The notes: generated by a model from the letters alone, not told the origin. 64,000 bases of DNA from Ilumatobacteraceae bacterium (GCA_024643255.1 JAHENF010000004.1:49748-113747); one strand, 5' to 3'. Counted from the stretch's first letter, positions 15,240 through 24,947 are shown. Made by a program: numbers and translations.

Positions 15240-17663
15240 GTGGGGCATCATGTGGACGTGAGCACGACGGAGGCACCGAGCAGGGTGCTGCGCGAGAACG
15301 ACCGCCGTGACTGGCAGCGTCATCCGGTCGACACCGCACGCCTCGTCGTCCGTCTCTGCCTGCTGGGGTTCGTGCTCCTCGTCACGGCGGTGTTCCCCGC
15401 GGCCTTGACGAACGCGTCGTCGGACGTCGTTCGCTTCTTCGCGAGGATGCCCGAGCCGCTCCGCTACGCCCTCGTCGGGTTGGCGCAGTTGTCGATTCTG
15501 GTCGTCCCCGTCGTCATCGTGGGGTGGTTGCTCGTCCGGCGCGCCCGCGTGGCGACGCTGCTGATCGTCGGCGCCGGTCTCGTCGGTGGGATCACGATGG
15601 TGCTGCTCACCGACTGGCTCGAGCGGGCCGCTCCACCGACCACGATCACCGATCTCGCCTCGGGTTCGTTCGTCAGGTCCGGCTTCCCGTCGGCGGCCTA
15701 TCTCTGCGCGCTGGTCGCCGGAGCAACGACTGCGTCGCCGATGATGACAGCGCGCTGGCGGGCGATCGCCTGGTCGGCGGTCTGGGTGACCGTGCTCGTT
15801 CGTCTGATCACGGCGACGCAGGCCCCGGTGAATCTCTTCGTGACGATCGCACTCGGCAGCGCGATCGGATCAGCGGCACTCGTGATCTTCGGATCACCGC
15901 AGCGTCGCCCTGGTGCGAATTCGCTGCGGGCCGGGCTGGCCGAGGGTGGATTCGTCATCGACGAGTTGGGTGACGAGACGTTCGAACGGGGTGTGCGGAA
16001 CTATCACGGACGCTCCGGGTCGGAGGCGGTCGAGGTGGTGTACCTCGACCGTGACGATCGAGACGTCGAGTTGTTCGCCCGCGTCGTTCGCTCGATCAGG
16101 GTGCGCGACGTCGATGAGCAGCGCATCTCGGTGCGGCCGCGGATCCGCGCGGCGCAGCTCACGCAGTCGACGATGATGGCCGAGCGAGCGGGGGCGAGGG
16201 TGCAGGACGTGTTGGCGGTCGCCCCGACCGGTTCCGACAGCGCGATCATCGTGTTGACCGCGGCGTCGAGTGCCGGGTGGACGCTGCGTGAGCGGACCGA
16301 CGACGACGTGAGCGATGCCGCGCTCGACGACGCGTGGCGTCAGGTGGGTCTGCTGCACCATGCCTGTATGTCCCATCGCTCGCTGACGCGCGACAACGTG
16401 GTGCTCGACGGTGATCAGGCGACGCTGCTGGGAATGGATACCGCCCTGCTCGCTTCGAGTGCCGAGTCGCGTGCCGTCGACCGGGCGGAGCTGCTGGTCT
16501 CGACGGCGCTGACCGTCGGGGTCGACCGAGCCCTCGACGCGGCTGTGCGATCGGTGCCGGCGGACGATCTCGAATCCACGCTCCCGTTCGTGCAACTCCC
16601 CGCACTTCCGGCGCACACCCGCGAGGAGGCGAAGAAGCCCAAGCATCTGGTCGACGATCTCCGCAACGGGCTCGCAGGACGGCTCGGCGTGGAACAGGTG
16701 GAGCTCGCCGAGCTCGAACGCATCAGCTTCGGCAGGATCGTCACCTGGGTCGGCTTCGCCGTGCTCGCCTTCTTCCTGTTGACGCTGGTGACCAACTGGT
16801 CGGCGATCAGCGATGCGATGGCGGGAATCGACTGGGTCTGGGTCGTCCCCGCCGTGATCGCCACGCTCGTGGGAACCGTCGGTGGGGCGATGTCGTTGGC
16901 GGGCTCGGTCGTGCGACCGATTCCGCTCGGTGACGCGACCATCGTCATGTTCGGCCAGTCGTTCCTCAACCGGTTCACCCCGATGAACGCCGGGGGCATG
17001 GCGATGCGCATCCGGTACCTGCAGAAGGGCGGGACGGATGTCGCGGTGTCGACCGCCGCTGTGGGTTTGACGTCGCTGGCGAGCGGCGTCGTGCAGGTCG
17101 CGTTCATCGCCTTCTTCTTCCTGTGGAGCAGTACGGATCCGACCGGTGACGCGACCTCCGGAGGCGGTGGGGGTCCCGACCTGACCCTGGTGTTCGTGTT
17201 CGTCGGGGCCATCGTGGTGGCGGCGATCGTGCTGGCGCTGACGCCGAAGTTCCGCCGCTGGCTCGTCACGCTCGTGAAGTCGACGATCGAGAAGGTCAGG
17301 CACGACTTCGGCGAGCTGCTGCGGATGCCCACGAAACTGAGCCTGCTGTTCGGCGGTCAGGTCATCGCCAAGATGTCGACCATCCTCGCGTTCGTCTGGG
17401 CATGTCGCGCCTTCGGCATCGACTTGCCGTTTGCCGAACTCGGAGCGCTGTACCTCGCCGCCAACACGGTGGCATCGACGGTGCCGACCCCGGGTGGGGT
17501 CGGCGCGATCGAGGCGGCGCTCGTGTTCGTGCTGACGCGCGCCGGCGTACCCGACGCCGAAGCCTGGGCCGCGACGCTGTTGTTCCGGTTGATCAACTAC
17601 TGGTTGCCGACGATTCCCGGCTACGTCGCGCTGCGCTACAGCGAGCGTCACGAACTCGTGTGA
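15240..17663 (+). CDS. polytopic membrane protein: N-terminal TM region + kinase-like (probably inactive) domain + MprF-flippase/UPF0104-like TM domain
   Basis: GTG 15240 lies 6 nt after GGAGG (15229-15233); TTG 15207 is also possible. WRQVGLLHHACMSHRSLTRDNVVLDGD resembles a kinase catalytic loop with Ser in place of Asp. C-terminal FLNRFTPMNAGGMAMRIRYLQKGG. Confidence 0.7.
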   Translation: MGHHVDVSTTEAPSRVLRENDRRDWQRHPVDTARLVVRLCLLGFVLLVTAVFPAALTNASSDVVRFFARMPEPLRYALVGLAQLSILVVPVVIVGWLLVRRARVATLLIVGAGLVGGITMVLLTDWLERAAPPTTITDLASGSFVRSGFPSAAYLCALVAGATTASPMMTARWRAIAWSAVWVTVLVRLITATQAPVNLFVTIALGSAIGSAALVIFGSPQRRPGANSLRAGLAEGGFVIDELGDETFERGVRNYHGRSGSEAVEVVYLDRDDRDVELFARVVRSIRVRDVDEQRISVRPRIRAAQLTQSTMMAERAGARVQDVLAVAPTGSDSAIIVLTAASSAGWTLRERTDDDVSDAALDDAWRQVGLLHHACMSHRSLTRDNVVLDGDQATLLGMDTALLASSAESRAVDRAELLVSTALTVGVDRALDAAVRSVPADDLESTLPFVQLPALPAHTREEAKKPKHLVDDLRNGLAGRLGVEQVELAELERISFGRIVTWVGFAVLAFFLLTLVTNWSAISDAMAGIDWVWVVPAVIATLVGTVGGAMSLAGSVVRPIPLGDATIVMFGQSFLNRFTPMNAGGMAMRIRYLQKGGTDVAVSTAAVGLTSLASGVVQVAFIAFFFLWSSTDPTGDATSGGGGGPDLTLVFVFVGAIVVAAIVLALTPKFRRWLVTLVKSTIEKVRHDFGELLRMPTKLSLLFGGQVIAKMSTILAFVWACRAFGIDLPFAELGALYLAANTVASTVPTPGGVGAIEAALVFVLTRAGVPDAEAWAATLLFRLINYWLPTIPGYVALRYSERHELV

Positions 17664-17685
17664 GTTCGGCACTCGGCCCGGGGGC

Positions 17686-18219
17686 ATGGCCGCGGCCTAC
17701 GCTGCGAACGTGAGCGAAGCAGTCGTCCCGATCGTCGGTGTGGTGATGGGTTCGTCGAGTGACTGGCCGACGATGTCGAAGGCGGCCGAGGTGCTCGAGT
17801 CGTTCGGGGTCGCATACGAGGCTCGGGTGCTCAGCGCCCACCGGATGCCCGACGAGATGTACACCTACGCGGAGCAGGCTCGCGAACGTGGGCTCCGTGC
17901 CATCGTCGCGGGAGCGGGCGGGGCGGCGCATCTACCGGGGATGATCGCCGCGAAGACCACTGTGCCGGTGCTCGGGGTTCCGGTGGCGTCGCGACATCTT
18001 GCCGGGCAGGACTCGCTCTACTCGATCGTCCAGATGCCCGCGGGTGTGCCGGTGGCGACATTCGCCATCGGTGAAGCGGGAGCGACGAACGCGGCGCTGT
18101 TCGCCGTCGCGCTGCTCGCGGCCGACCACGAGCGGCTGCGCCAGGCGCTCGACGCGTACCGTGCAGATCGTCGTGAGCAGGCCGCGGGATCGGTGCTCCC
18201 GCCCGTCGAGTCGCAATGA
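17686..18219 (+). CDS. purE: N5-carboxyaminoimidazole ribonucleotide mutase
   Basis: VGVVMGSSSDW..SAHRMPDEM..GAGGAAHLPGM..VPVLGVPV. Confidence 0.95.
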   Translation: MAAAYAANVSEAVVPIVGVVMGSSSDWPTMSKAAEVLESFGVAYEARVLSAHRMPDEMYTYAEQARERGLRAIVAGAGGAAHLPGMIAAKTTVPVLGVPVASRHLAGQDSLYSIVQMPAGVPVATFAIGEAGATNAALFAVALLAADHERLRQALDAYRADRREQAAGSVLPPVESQ

Positions 18220-19355
18220 CCCGTCGCGCGATCGTCCCGCCGGCGACCATCGGCATGTTGGGAGGCGGTCAACTCGGCCGGTACGCACTGATGGCTGCGG
18301 CCACGATGGGCTATCGCACCATCGTGCTCGACCCCGATCCCTCCGCCCCTGCCGGCGTGGTCGCCAACGAACACCTCGTTGCGCCCTTCGACGATCCAGC
18401 GGCGCTGCGACGGCTGTCGTTCGACTGCGATGTCGTGACGACCGAGTTCGAGAACCCGCCGGCGGCCGCTCTCGACGAGTTGGCCGCGACGGTGCTGGTC
18501 GCCCCCGCGCCGGCCGCGGTGAGGATCGCCCAGGACCGGATTGCCGAGAAGGCCTTCCTGGTCGACAACGGATTTCCCGTGGGGCGGTACTCGACGCTGT
18601 CCGATGCGGTGGAGCCCGAGATCGATCCGTCGCTCGTCGACGGTGGCGCCATCGTCAAGACGGCCCGGCTGGGCTACGACGGCAAGGGTCAGTGTTCGGC
18701 CACCGGCGTCGCCGGCACACTGGCCGCGTGGGCACAACTCGGCGGTGTCGCGTGTGTGGTGGAGGAGCGGCTGATCCTGCAGACCGAGTTGAGCGTGATC
18801 GTGGCGCGCACCTCCGATGGCCGGATCGAGGCGTGGCCGGTCGCCGAGAACCTTCACGTCGACGGGATCCTCGACCTGACGGTCGTCCCGGCGGCGGTGT
18901 CGCGCAAGCTGGCAGACCGCGCCGTGGGGCTGGCGATGGCGATCGCGGATGCGCTCGACTACGTCGGGGTGCTCGCCGTCGAGTTGTTCGTCGTCGATGA
19001 TCAACTGCTCGTCAACGAGTTGGCGCCTCGACCGCACAACAGCGGTCACTGGACGCTCGATGCGTGCATGACGAGTCAGTTCGAGCAGCAGGTTCGGGCG
19101 GTGTGCGGTCTCGGACTCGGCAGCACGGCGATGACGGCTCCGTCGGTCGCGATGGTCAATCTGCTCGGCGACCTGTGGTCGGGTGGATCACCGGACTGGT
19201 CCGTCGTGCTCGCCGACCCGAACGCCAAGCTGCATCTCTACGGCAAGAGCGAAGCGCGACCCGGCCGCAAGATGGGGCACCTCACCGTGACGTCGGAAGT
19301 CGGTCCGGCCGCAGCGGCGCGCGCGCTCGAACTCAGGTCGGCCGTCGTGCGATGA
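18216..19355 (+). CDS. purK: N5-carboxyaminoimidazole ribonucleotide synthase (ATP-grasp)
   Basis: ATGA overlap with purE. GMLGGGQLGR..NELAPRPHNSGHW..GRKMGHLT. Confidence 0.9.
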   Translation: MTRRAIVPPATIGMLGGGQLGRYALMAAATMGYRTIVLDPDPSAPAGVVANEHLVAPFDDPAALRRLSFDCDVVTTEFENPPAAALDELAATVLVAPAPAAVRIAQDRIAEKAFLVDNGFPVGRYSTLSDAVEPEIDPSLVDGGAIVKTARLGYDGKGQCSATGVAGTLAAWAQLGGVACVVEERLILQTELSVIVARTSDGRIEAWPVAENLHVDGILDLTVVPAAVSRKLADRAVGLAMAIADALDYVGVLAVELFVVDDQLLVNELAPRPHNSGHWTLDACMTSQFEQQVRAVCGLGLGSTAMTAPSVAMVNLLGDLWSGGSPDWSVVLADPNAKLHLYGKSEARPGRKMGHLTVTSEVGPAAAARALELRSAVVR

Positions 19356-19932
19356 CGAGCGTGTCCAACGCGACGCGCACTCCATCGGGTGTGTCGACTC
19401 GACGTTCGGCGATCTCGGCGGTGGTGACGTCGAGCCCGGCGAGTGCGTCGACGGTGTCGCTCACCGTGTAGCAGACGTCGGCCGATGGTGGCCCGCCGTA
19501 GCCGTCGGTGACGTTCGACCGGTCATGGGCGATCACGAAAACGGTGCCGCCCGGCGCGAGCCACGAGGCGGCATGTTCGACGACGATGCGTTGCTGGGCT
19601 TGGGGGAGTTGGAGGTACGAGAGGACGACGAGGTCGACGGATCCGGGCGGGCTCCACGTCGTTGCATCTCCGCGCTCGACGGTGATCGTCACGTCGTGTT
19701 CTGCGGCGAGGCGCAGCGCCTTGTCGAGGCCGACCTGCGAGAAGTCGACTGCGGTCACCGACCAGCCTCGCTGTGCCAGCCACACCGCGTTGCGGCCTTC
19801 GCCGGCGCCGAGGTCGATCGCCGTACCCGGCGCGAGGTCGGCCAGGTGGCGCTCGACGAACTGGTTCGCCTGGCCGGTCCAGATCAATTCGCTGGTCGAA
19901 TACCGCTCGTCCCACTGGGTGCTGTCCATCAC
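19333..19932 (-). CDS. class I SAM-dependent methyltransferase
   Basis: GTG start. Motif I AIDLGAGEGRNAVWLAQRGWSVTAVDFS. 3' end overlaps purK by 23 nt (convergent). Confidence 0.8.
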   Translation of the reverse strand: MMDSTQWDERYSTSELIWTGQANQFVERHLADLAPGTAIDLGAGEGRNAVWLAQRGWSVTAVDFSQVGLDKALRLAAEHDVTITVERGDATTWSPPGSVDLVVLSYLQLPQAQQRIVVEHAASWLAPGGTVFVIAHDRSNVTDGYGGPPSADVCYTVSDTVDALAGLDVTTAEIAERRVDTPDGVRVALDTLVIARRPT

Positions 19933-19949
19933 CTCAGTCTCGCCCCCAC

Positions 19950-20039
19950 ATCAGACGTTTGCGGCGCGATTTGGTTGACCATCAGACGTTTGCGGCGCGA
20001 TTTGGTTGACCCGTACCAATGTGATCGCGCCGCAAACGT
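19950..20039 (+). repeat. REP-like hairpin element, family 1, copy A, with duplicated left arm
   Basis: Perfect 31-bp tandem ATCAGACGTTTGCGGCGCGATTTGGTTGACC (19950-19980, 19981-20011), then right arm GATCGCGCCGCAAACGT. Ends 9 nt from the pirin stop. Confidence 0.9.
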
Positions 20040-20048
20040 GAAGGGGGG

Positions 20049-21092
20049 TCAGTCGGCGGGGACGGGTTCGACGTCGAATGCCTCGACGCGGCCGTCGGCG
20101 TGGCGGGCGAAGCGCCGCGGCGTGGCGCCGTGATTCGGGTCGTCGCTGCCCCACGGCCACCCGCCGAACTGGGTGCGGCGATAATCCTCGAAGGCCTGCT
20201 GGATCTCGGCCTGGGTGTTCATCACGAACGGGCCGTACTGCGCCACCGGTTCGCCGATCGGACGGCCCTGCAGCACCATGCATTCGACACCGTCGTCACC
20301 GGCGATCAGCTCCAGCGGACGTGACGAGTCGAGCACCGCGCCGTTGCCGGCGTCGAGGCGTTCACCCTCGACGGTGACCCACGAGCCCGAGAACGCATAG
20401 AGCAGGCGGTGCGTGTCGTCACCCTCGGTCGGCGGCATGGTCCAACGGGCGCCGGCATCGAAGCGCAGGTGCCAGACCGCCACGTCGGCTTCGGCCTTCG
20501 ACGCCCATGAGTTCGGAGGGGGAGCCGGCGCGGTGGCGCTCGCCAATGATCCGGCGATCACGGTGATGTCGACCATGGCGCCGCCCTCGGATGGCTCGGC
20601 GATCACGGTCGGGGTCTCGTGGCTCCACAACATCGTGAAGTACGGCTCGACCATCTTGTCGGCAGCCGGAAGGTTCAACCAGATCTGGAACAACTCCAGC
20701 GGGTTGGGGCCATCGGGATCGAGCAGCGGGAACATCTCGCAGTGCACGATGCCCTTGCCGGCGGTCATCCATTGTGTGTCGCCACGACCGAACCGGGCGG
20801 TCGCTCCGAGCGAGTCGCTGTGATCGCAGAACCCGGTCCGCACGTAGGTGATCGTCTCGAAACCGCGATGCGGGTGCTGGGGGAATCCGGGCACGGTCGA
20901 GCCGTGGTACATGTTCCACCCGTCGACGCCGGCGAAGTCCATGCCGATGTCGCGCCCGACGAGCGGTGCGTCCGGACCGAGTCCGTCGGTTCCCTCGGGG
21001 TAGTCGTCGCGGTGGTGCGCACAGAACAGGAACGGGTCGATCGTCGGCCATTGGGTGCCGAGCGGAAAGGTCTGCAAGAGGGCATCAGCCAT
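20049..21092 (-). CDS. pirin family protein
   Basis: Cupin metal motif FPQHPHRGFETITYV, bicupin length. Confidence 0.85.
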   Translation of the reverse strand: MADALLQTFPLGTQWPTIDPFLFCAHHRDDYPEGTDGLGPDAPLVGRDIGMDFAGVDGWNMYHGSTVPGFPQHPHRGFETITYVRTGFCDHSDSLGATARFGRGDTQWMTAGKGIVHCEMFPLLDPDGPNPLELFQIWLNLPAADKMVEPYFTMLWSHETPTVIAEPSEGGAMVDITVIAGSLASATAPAPPPNSWASKAEADVAVWHLRFDAGARWTMPPTEGDDTHRLLYAFSGSWVTVEGERLDAGNGAVLDSSRPLELIAGDDGVECMVLQGRPIGEPVAQYGPFVMNTQAEIQQAFEDYRRTQFGGWPWGSDDPNHGATPRRFARHADGRVEAFDVEPVPAD

Positions 21093-21120
21093 GGCGGAAG
21101 TCTACGACCCGACGCAGTTG

Positions 21121-21134
21121 ATTGCGACCGCAAT
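21121..21134. promoter_or_regulatory. 6-2-6 palindrome ATTGCG-AC-CGCAAT in the divergent pirin/MFS intergenic region
   Basis: Read directly. 28 nt from the pirin start codon and 58 nt from the MFS GTG. Confidence 0.3.
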
Positions 21135-21192
21135 GAAGTCCATCTGATGATGGGGCCGGGTGGCCTGGGAGGGACAGCGTTAGCGTGCCGGG

Positions 21193-22437
21193 GTGTCCAC
21201 GGCCCGTGACGTCCTGCGATATCCAGCCGTGCGTCGATATCTGCTGTCGACGGCGCTGGCCGCAATCGGCCTCAACATCCTGGTCACGGTGTTGTTCAAG
21301 CAGGCGTTCGACATCACCGGTGACACACTCGCGATCGGCTTCATCGGTCTCGCACAGTTCGTCCCCGCGGTGATGCTCGTGCTGGTCAGCGGCTGGGTCG
21401 CCGACCGCTTCGACCGTCGCCGGGTCACCGCGCTCTTCCTGTTCGCCCGCGCTGTGTGTGCGGTCGGTTTCGTGATCTACAGCCAACTCGAATCGGGATC
21501 GGTGTGGCCGTTGTTCGCGATCGCGTTCGTGTTCGGCGCCGCCGATGCGATGCTGGCACCGTCGCGTCGGTCGATCGCCCCGCTGCTGGCTCCACCGGAA
21601 TTGTTCCCGCAGGTCGTCGCGCTCTGGACGGCGACGTTCACCGCTTCGGCCATCGTCGGTCCGGTGATCGGCGGCTTCCTGTACTCGGTCGGCCCCAGCG
21701 AGGCGTACACGCTCGCGGCGATCCTGGAGTTCGCGGCGATCGTTCCGATCCTGATGATCGTCTACTCGCGCGAACCCGAGCGGATCACCGATCGGCCGAC
21801 GTTGCACACCGCGCTGGAGGGCCTGCGCTTCGTGCGGCACACGCCGGTGGTGCTCGGGACGATCTCGCTCGACCTGTTCGCGGTGCTCTTCGGCGGTGCG
21901 ATCGCGCTGATCCCGGCGGTCGCCAGCGAGCGACTCGGGGTCGGCGACATCGCGTACGGATGGCTCCGCGCCGCACCGGGGATCGGCGCCGCGGTCATGG
22001 CGCTGTGGCTCGCCGTGCGCCCCGTCACGAGACGGGTCGGCCCGACGCTGCTGTTCGTCGTCGCCGTCTTCGGGCTCGGCACGATGGTCTTCGGCCTCAC
22101 ACGCAACTACGCGGTGGCCTTCGTCGCGCTGATCGTGATCTCGGCCGCCGACATGGTGTCGATGTTCATCCGCGGTTCGATCGTGCCGCTCGTGACACCC
22201 GACGAACAACTCGGACGCGTCAGCGCCGTCGAGGGGGTGTTCATCGGTGCGTCGAACGAACTCGGCGCGTTCGAGAGCGGCGTTGCGGCGCGGATGTTCG
22301 GTGTGCCGTGGGCGATCGCCGGCGGTGGACTGATCACGATGGGCATTGCCGCGAGCTTCACCTTCGTGTTCCCCGCGATCCGGCGGATCGACACCTTCGA
22401 TGAACTGCGGCCGGAACCGAACCGGGCCGTGAGCTGA
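21193..22437 (+). CDS. MFS transporter
   Basis: GTG start. About 12 hydrophobic segments. Motif A-like SGWVADRFDRRRV. Confidence 0.8.
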   Translation: MSTARDVLRYPAVRRYLLSTALAAIGLNILVTVLFKQAFDITGDTLAIGFIGLAQFVPAVMLVLVSGWVADRFDRRRVTALFLFARAVCAVGFVIYSQLESGSVWPLFAIAFVFGAADAMLAPSRRSIAPLLAPPELFPQVVALWTATFTASAIVGPVIGGFLYSVGPSEAYTLAAILEFAAIVPILMIVYSREPERITDRPTLHTALEGLRFVRHTPVVLGTISLDLFAVLFGGAIALIPAVASERLGVGDIAYGWLRAAPGIGAAVMALWLAVRPVTRRVGPTLLFVVAVFGLGTMVFGLTRNYAVAFVALIVISAADMVSMFIRGSIVPLVTPDEQLGRVSAVEGVFIGASNELGAFESGVAARMFGVPWAIAGGGLITMGIAASFTFVFPAIRRIDTFDELRPEPNRAVS

Positions 22438-22470
22438 ACCCGGTCGAGAGTCCAGACACTGCTGAGGGGA

Positions 22471-23145
22471 TCAGGTCCGGGTGTAGAGCAGGTCGGTGGG
22501 GCGGCGGCCGGCGTCGAGACCGCGCTGTTCGAAGCGGGTGAGCGGGCGCCAGTCGGGACGGTCGATCACGCCGCCGGTGAGGCGCGGTTCGGCGGTGCAG
22601 ACCGCTTCCATCGATTCGGCGTAGTCGGCGATGTCGGTCGCCAGATGGAGGAAGCCGCCGGTGCTCAGGCGGTCGACCAGGGCGGCGAGTACGTCCTGGC
22701 GAATGAGTCGCCGGTGGTGATTGCGGCGCTTCGTCCACGGGTCGGGGAAGTACACGCGGATGCCGGCGAGCGACCCGGCCGGCACCCGGTCGAGCAGGAG
22801 TAGGACGTCGCCGTGCACGACTCGGATCTGGTGCAACCCTTGGTGTTCGATCGCATCGAGCACCGTGACGGCGCCGGGCGTGTGCACCTCGACGCCGATC
22901 ACGTCGAGGTCGGGCTCGGCAGCCGCCATCGCGATCGTCGACTCGCCGTGGCCGAAGCCGACGTCGAGGACCACACGACCGTCGCGTCCGAACACGGCGG
23001 GCCAATCGAGCGGTGGGCCGTCGATCGACAACCCCCAGGTCTCGATCCATGTGTCGAACTCGGCCTGTCGTTTCGGTGAGAGCCCGCGACGCCTGACCTT
23101 GAACGAGGCCGCCGGTCGGCGCACTGACCGTGCCGACGCGGTCAT
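22471..23145 (-). CDS. trmB: tRNA (guanine46-N7)-methyltransferase
   Basis: VLDVGFGHGES..IGVEVH..YFPDPWTKRRNHHRRL. Confidence 0.9.
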   Translation of the reverse strand: MTASARSVRRPAASFKVRRRGLSPKRQAEFDTWIETWGLSIDGPPLDWPAVFGRDGRVVLDVGFGHGESTIAMAAAEPDLDVIGVEVHTPGAVTVLDAIEHQGLHQIRVVHGDVLLLLDRVPAGSLAGIRVYFPDPWTKRRNHHRRLIRQDVLAALVDRLSTGGFLHLATDIADYAESMEAVCTAEPRLTGGVIDRPDWRPLTRFEQRGLDAGRRPTDLLYTRT

Positions 23146-23223
23146 CGGCGCGGCGCCGTCTGCAACATGTTCGGGAAACTATCGGCGCAAACGCAGCATG
23201 GCGGGCAGACTCGTCCGGTGACC

Positions 23224-23934
23224 ATGGCGGATGCGGCCGACGATGCGACCCGGCGACGGGCCATCCGCCGGCAGGCCGCCTCGATCGTCGCCGCGGTCGC
23301 TCCGTTCGGCATCGTGTTCGGTGCTGCGGCGGCCACCGCCGGGCTCGACCTGTGGCAGGCGGTCGGCTTCTCGTCGCTGGTGTTCGGAGGCAGTTCGCAG
23401 TTCGCCGCGGTCGAGATTCTCGGCGACGGCGGCTCGATCGCATCGGCGGCGATCGCCGGGCTGTTGCTCAACGTGCGCTCCCTCGCGTTCGGCGTGATCA
23501 TGGCGGAGGCGCTCGCCGGGCCGTGGTGGAAGCGGGCGACGATGTCACAACTGATGATCGACGAGTCCACGGCGGTCGGCGCGGCCCAGAGCGACCTGCA
23601 CTGGCGCCGGTACGGGTACCTGGTCGCCGGCATCGGGGTGTTCGTGGTCTGGAACCTGACCACGATCGTGGGCTTCGTCGTGTTCTCCGACGCCGGGGAC
23701 CTGATCACGGACCTCGGACTCGACGCGGCCGGTCCGGCGGCATTCCTCGCGCTGCTGTGGCCGCGTCTGGCGGTGCCCGCGCAACGGCGAACCGCGATCG
23801 CCGGCGCGCTGATCGCCGTCGTGCTCATCCCGTTCACGGCGCCTGGCGTTCCGATCCTGGCGTCGATGCTCGGCGTCGCCGTGACCCGGGCCTGGCCGCC
23901 GGCAGGTCGGTCGGCCGAGGTGGTGTCGTCGTGA
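23224..23934 (+). CDS. azlC: AzlC family branched-chain amino acid exporter subunit
   Basis: FGGSSQFAAVE motif, 5-6 TM segments. Start at 23224 or 23167 is unresolved. Confidence 0.75.
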   Translation: MADAADDATRRRAIRRQAASIVAAVAPFGIVFGAAAATAGLDLWQAVGFSSLVFGGSSQFAAVEILGDGGSIASAAIAGLLLNVRSLAFGVIMAEALAGPWWKRATMSQLMIDESTAVGAAQSDLHWRRYGYLVAGIGVFVVWNLTTIVGFVVFSDAGDLITDLGLDAAGPAAFLALLWPRLAVPAQRRTAIAGALIAVVLIPFTAPGVPILASMLGVAVTRAWPPAGRSAEVVSS

Positions 23935-24239
23935 ACGCCGCGACCGCAGTGCTGATCATCATGACGATCGGCACCTATGCGCTGAAGTCCGCCGGCCCGC
24001 TCGTGTTGGGTGATCGCGTGTTGCCGGTACGGATCCGCCAGATCGTCGATCTGCTCCCCGCAGCGCTCCTCGCCGCGTTGGCGATCGTGTCGACCGTCGG
24101 AGATGGTCAACAGATCGTCGTCGACGCTCGCCTGGTCGGCCTCGTCGTGGCCGGTCTGGCCCTGTGGCGCCGGGCACCGTTCGTCGTGGTGATCGTGCTC
24201 GCGTCGGCGGCGACCGCGATCACACGGCTGGTGACGTGA
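23931..24239 (+). CDS. azlD: AzlD-like small membrane protein
   Basis: GTGA overlap with azlC. 102 aa, hydrophobic, in the usual azlCD pairing. Confidence 0.7.
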   Translation: MNAATAVLIIMTIGTYALKSAGPLVLGDRVLPVRIRQIVDLLPAALLAALAIVSTVGDGQQIVVDARLVGLVVAGLALWRRAPFVVVIVLASAATAITRLVT

Positions 24240-24257
24240 GAGGAAGGGAGCACTACG

Positions 24258-24947
24258 ATGCGCGACATGTCAGGAAGCCAGATCGAACTCATGCCAGGCG
24301 AGACGATGATTCTCTACTCGAACCCTCACTGGTGGTACTTCTGGAAGGAAGTCGCCGGTGGACTGATCTTGATCGCGCTCGTGCTGCTGCTGTTCAGCCT
24401 CGAAGGTGGCTGGGTCGACACGCTGCTCGGTTGGATCACCTTGCTGTTGTTCATCGGACTCGCGATCAGCACGGCGTACGCGTTCGTGCAGTGGAAGACG
24501 ACCAAGTTCGCGGTGACGAGCGAGCGTGTGGCGTACCAGAGCGGCATCATCCGCCGGCGGGGCGTCTCGATCCCGCTCAACCGGGTCAACAACGTCAACT
24601 TCCAGCAGTCGATGATCGCCCGGATGCTCAACAACGGCGTCGTCGTCATCGAGTCGGCCGGGGAGACGGGCGACTCGGTCTTCGAGAACATTCCGGATCC
24701 GGAGAAGGTGCGCACGTTGATCTTCCAGCAGGTCGAAGCCGACGAACAGCGCGACTCCGACCGCAACGCCGAGTCGCTGGCGAAGGCGATGCAACAGCAG
24801 GTCCCGCCTCCACCGGCCGCGCCGGCCGCGCCGGTCGCGCCGGTTGTCCAGGACCGTCTCAAAGCACTCGATGACCTGCGTGCGCAGGGTCTCGTCAGCG
24901 ACGCCGAGTACGACGTCAAGCGCAAGCAGATCCTCGAAGACCTCTGA
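24258..24947 (+). CDS. membrane bacterial-PH (YdbS/YdbT-like) domain protein with C-terminal SHOCT domain
   Basis: Two TM segments, then VTSERVAYQSGIIRRRGVSIPLNRVNNV. Pro/Ala linker. SHOCT-like LKALDDLRAQGLVSDAEYDVKRKQIL. Confidence 0.7.
   Translation: MRDMSGSQIELMPGETMILYSNPHWWYFWKEVAGGLILIALVLLLFSLEGGWVDTLLGWITLLLFIGLAISTAYAFVQWKTTKFAVTSERVAYQSGIIRRRGVSIPLNRVNNVNFQQSMIARMLNNGVVVIESAGETGDSVFENIPDPEKVRTLIFQQVEADEQRDSDRNAESLAKAMQQQVPPPPAAPAAPVAPVVQDRLKALDDLRAQGLVSDAEYDVKRKQILEDL

Noticed and set aside
19950-20011. CRISPR-like direct repeats
   Set aside because: Only two copies, directly abutting with no spacer, followed by the inverted arm of the same sequence. No cas genes in the window. 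Better explained as a duplicated REP arm.
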